Shown: one piece after another, positions 62,471 through 64,000 of the stretch
How positions within the stretch are numbered: position 1 is the stretch's first letter
How the letters are laid out: each line of letters starts with the position of its first letter
Assembly (NCBI GenBank): GCA_965112155.1
Contig: OZ218099.1
Length of the DNA stretch: 64,000 bases
Source of the DNA: Podarcis liolepis
Lineage: Eukaryota
Strand: one strand, 5' to 3'
Notes under the pieces: generated by a model
Told to the model about the DNA's origin: nothing
The model's database searches: none
The model's input: only the letters and a program-made list of their open reading frames with translations
Program-made: the position numbers and the translations under genes

Positions 62471-63696
62471 CCCCAAAAGATGCGGTGGATAGTGCTACAC
62501 ACATAAAATTGGTTGTAGTGAATGAATGCATCTGTTATCCCTGGTCCCGGCAACCACATGCAGAAATAAGTGAGTGAATAAGAAGAACCTGAAAGGAGCT
62601 CTGCTGGACTAGATCAATGGCTCATCATGTCCCAACACCCAGTGTCCCACATTGCTCAACTGTTGCCTATAGGAAGATCCACAAACACAGCAAGAAAGCA
62701 ATGGCCCTTTCCCCTTATTGTTCCCTGGGGCAAATGCTATTCAGAGGCATACTGTCTCTGGTCCTGGGGCCTTATCCATCACAAACGTCTCTAATCCCCC
62801 TTTACAGTTCTCTAAATTAATCTAAACAGATTCCAGCAGCAAGTTCTATAAACTCATTGGACAGATCCACATCGTACGTTTAAAGCACATGCCTTCCCGC
62901 AGAGAATCCTGGGACCTGTAGTTTGTTAAGGGTGCTAAGAAATGTAGCTCTGTAAGAGAGAAACCACAGTTCCTTCACATGCTTTAAATGTGTGGTGTGT
63001 GAAGAAGTACTTCTCTGTCTTTCCCAGATCTACTTCCATACAACTTTGTGGGATGGCTCCAGGTTCCAGTACTATTCTTCATGTCCTCTGTAATTTCCTA
63101 AACCTCTACCATGTAGCTTTTCTTAAAATCTAAAAAGTTCAAATGATGCAGCCTTTCCTCACAGGGAAATCATGATAGTTTCGTTCATGGCCTTGCATAT
63201 TTTCAGTTTACATATGAGGTCAATAGAGGAGATGCATAAATCTATTGTGACTGTACCTTAGAAAATCCCTCTGGTGGTGTTGAAGCACAAAGCTGTATTG
63301 AAAGTAACTCAATCCATTAAAAAACAGAGGAGGGGTGGTTGGAAGAGAAAGTCTCTGTGGGTTATTAAGCAACTCATGTGTGCATGCATGCTAATGATAC
63401 AGAAAGCAGAGCTCTTGGTCATAGGAGATAATGCAAAAATCATGAGACAAAAGGGCAAATTATACTTTGCATGAAACCAATTAAAATTTGGATTAGCTAG
63501 CTTGTAATATAGTCTCTACCCAAGCATCTTTCAGAAAATGACTGTCATCCATTTATGGGGGATTTAGATGGTCCTTATTCCAGTTAAAATGGAGATGCTA
63601 TACTAGAAAGCATGGGATTTTTTAAAAACTTTAAATTCCCTCAGGGCAAAACAAACTCCAAGGAATCATTGTGTTTAAAAAAATAAAGTTGGTTGG

Positions 63697-63800
63697 CATG
63701 GGCGTAGCCAGGATTTTTGTTAGGGGAGGCAGAACTTCATATTTGTACTGAATTTTATTGATTGGGGGGCAGCTACCCCCCTGCCCCGGCTACGCTCATG
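63697..63800. mobile_element. 104-bp hAT-type MITE
   Basis: TIRs catgggcgtagcc / ggctacgctcatg; perfect 8-bp TSD TTGGTTGG. Confidence 0.88.
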
Positions 63801-64000
63801 TTGGTTGGTTTAGCCTGGAAGCTGAATCCACTCAGTCTTTCCACCACCTGTTATGCCTCCTCATTCACACATCACTAGCATTGCTTTAAAAAGGTAAATA
63901 AAACACACAGAGTTCCCATGGGTAAAGAAAAATGGTTCTTTACTTAGAGGGTTTTTTTTGTACAGTATTTGCAAGGATGGCTTCAGATGCATACATGGTT

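Overview
Vertebrate genomic DNA, most likely a squamate and probably a lacertid-type lizard, judged from the Sauria SINEs, Squam-like SINEs and squamate L2 tails. Positions ~1-52400 hold the 3' part of SPAG9/JIP4 (JNK-interacting protein 4, a RILP-family motor adaptor) on the + strand. I traced 26 main coding exons from MIHNYMEHLER (1865) to the TAA stop (48796-48798), and every splice phase is consistent. A ~3.5 kb repeat-free 3' UTR and ~11.5 kb of intergenic DNA follow. The ORF track misses a layer of alternative splicing: an internal promoter with a very hydrophobic alternative first exon and uORFs, three frame-preserving microexons (12, 15 and 12 nt) beside the LZII and RH2 domains, a 39-nt cassette exon, two GC-AG introns and tandem acceptors. 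The JNK-docking motif reads RKEPPISLGIF instead of the usual RKERPISLGIF. The introns carry Sauria SINEs with TSDs (one inverted pair brackets most of the gene), hAT and Tc1/mariner MITEs, a Tc1 IR/DR end resembling teleost elements, L2 fragments and two related LTR/Ngaro-like promoter-bearing repeats. I found no prokaryote-type system (CRISPR etc.). Comparisons with human, JIP3 and fish sequences are from memory and need database confirmation.
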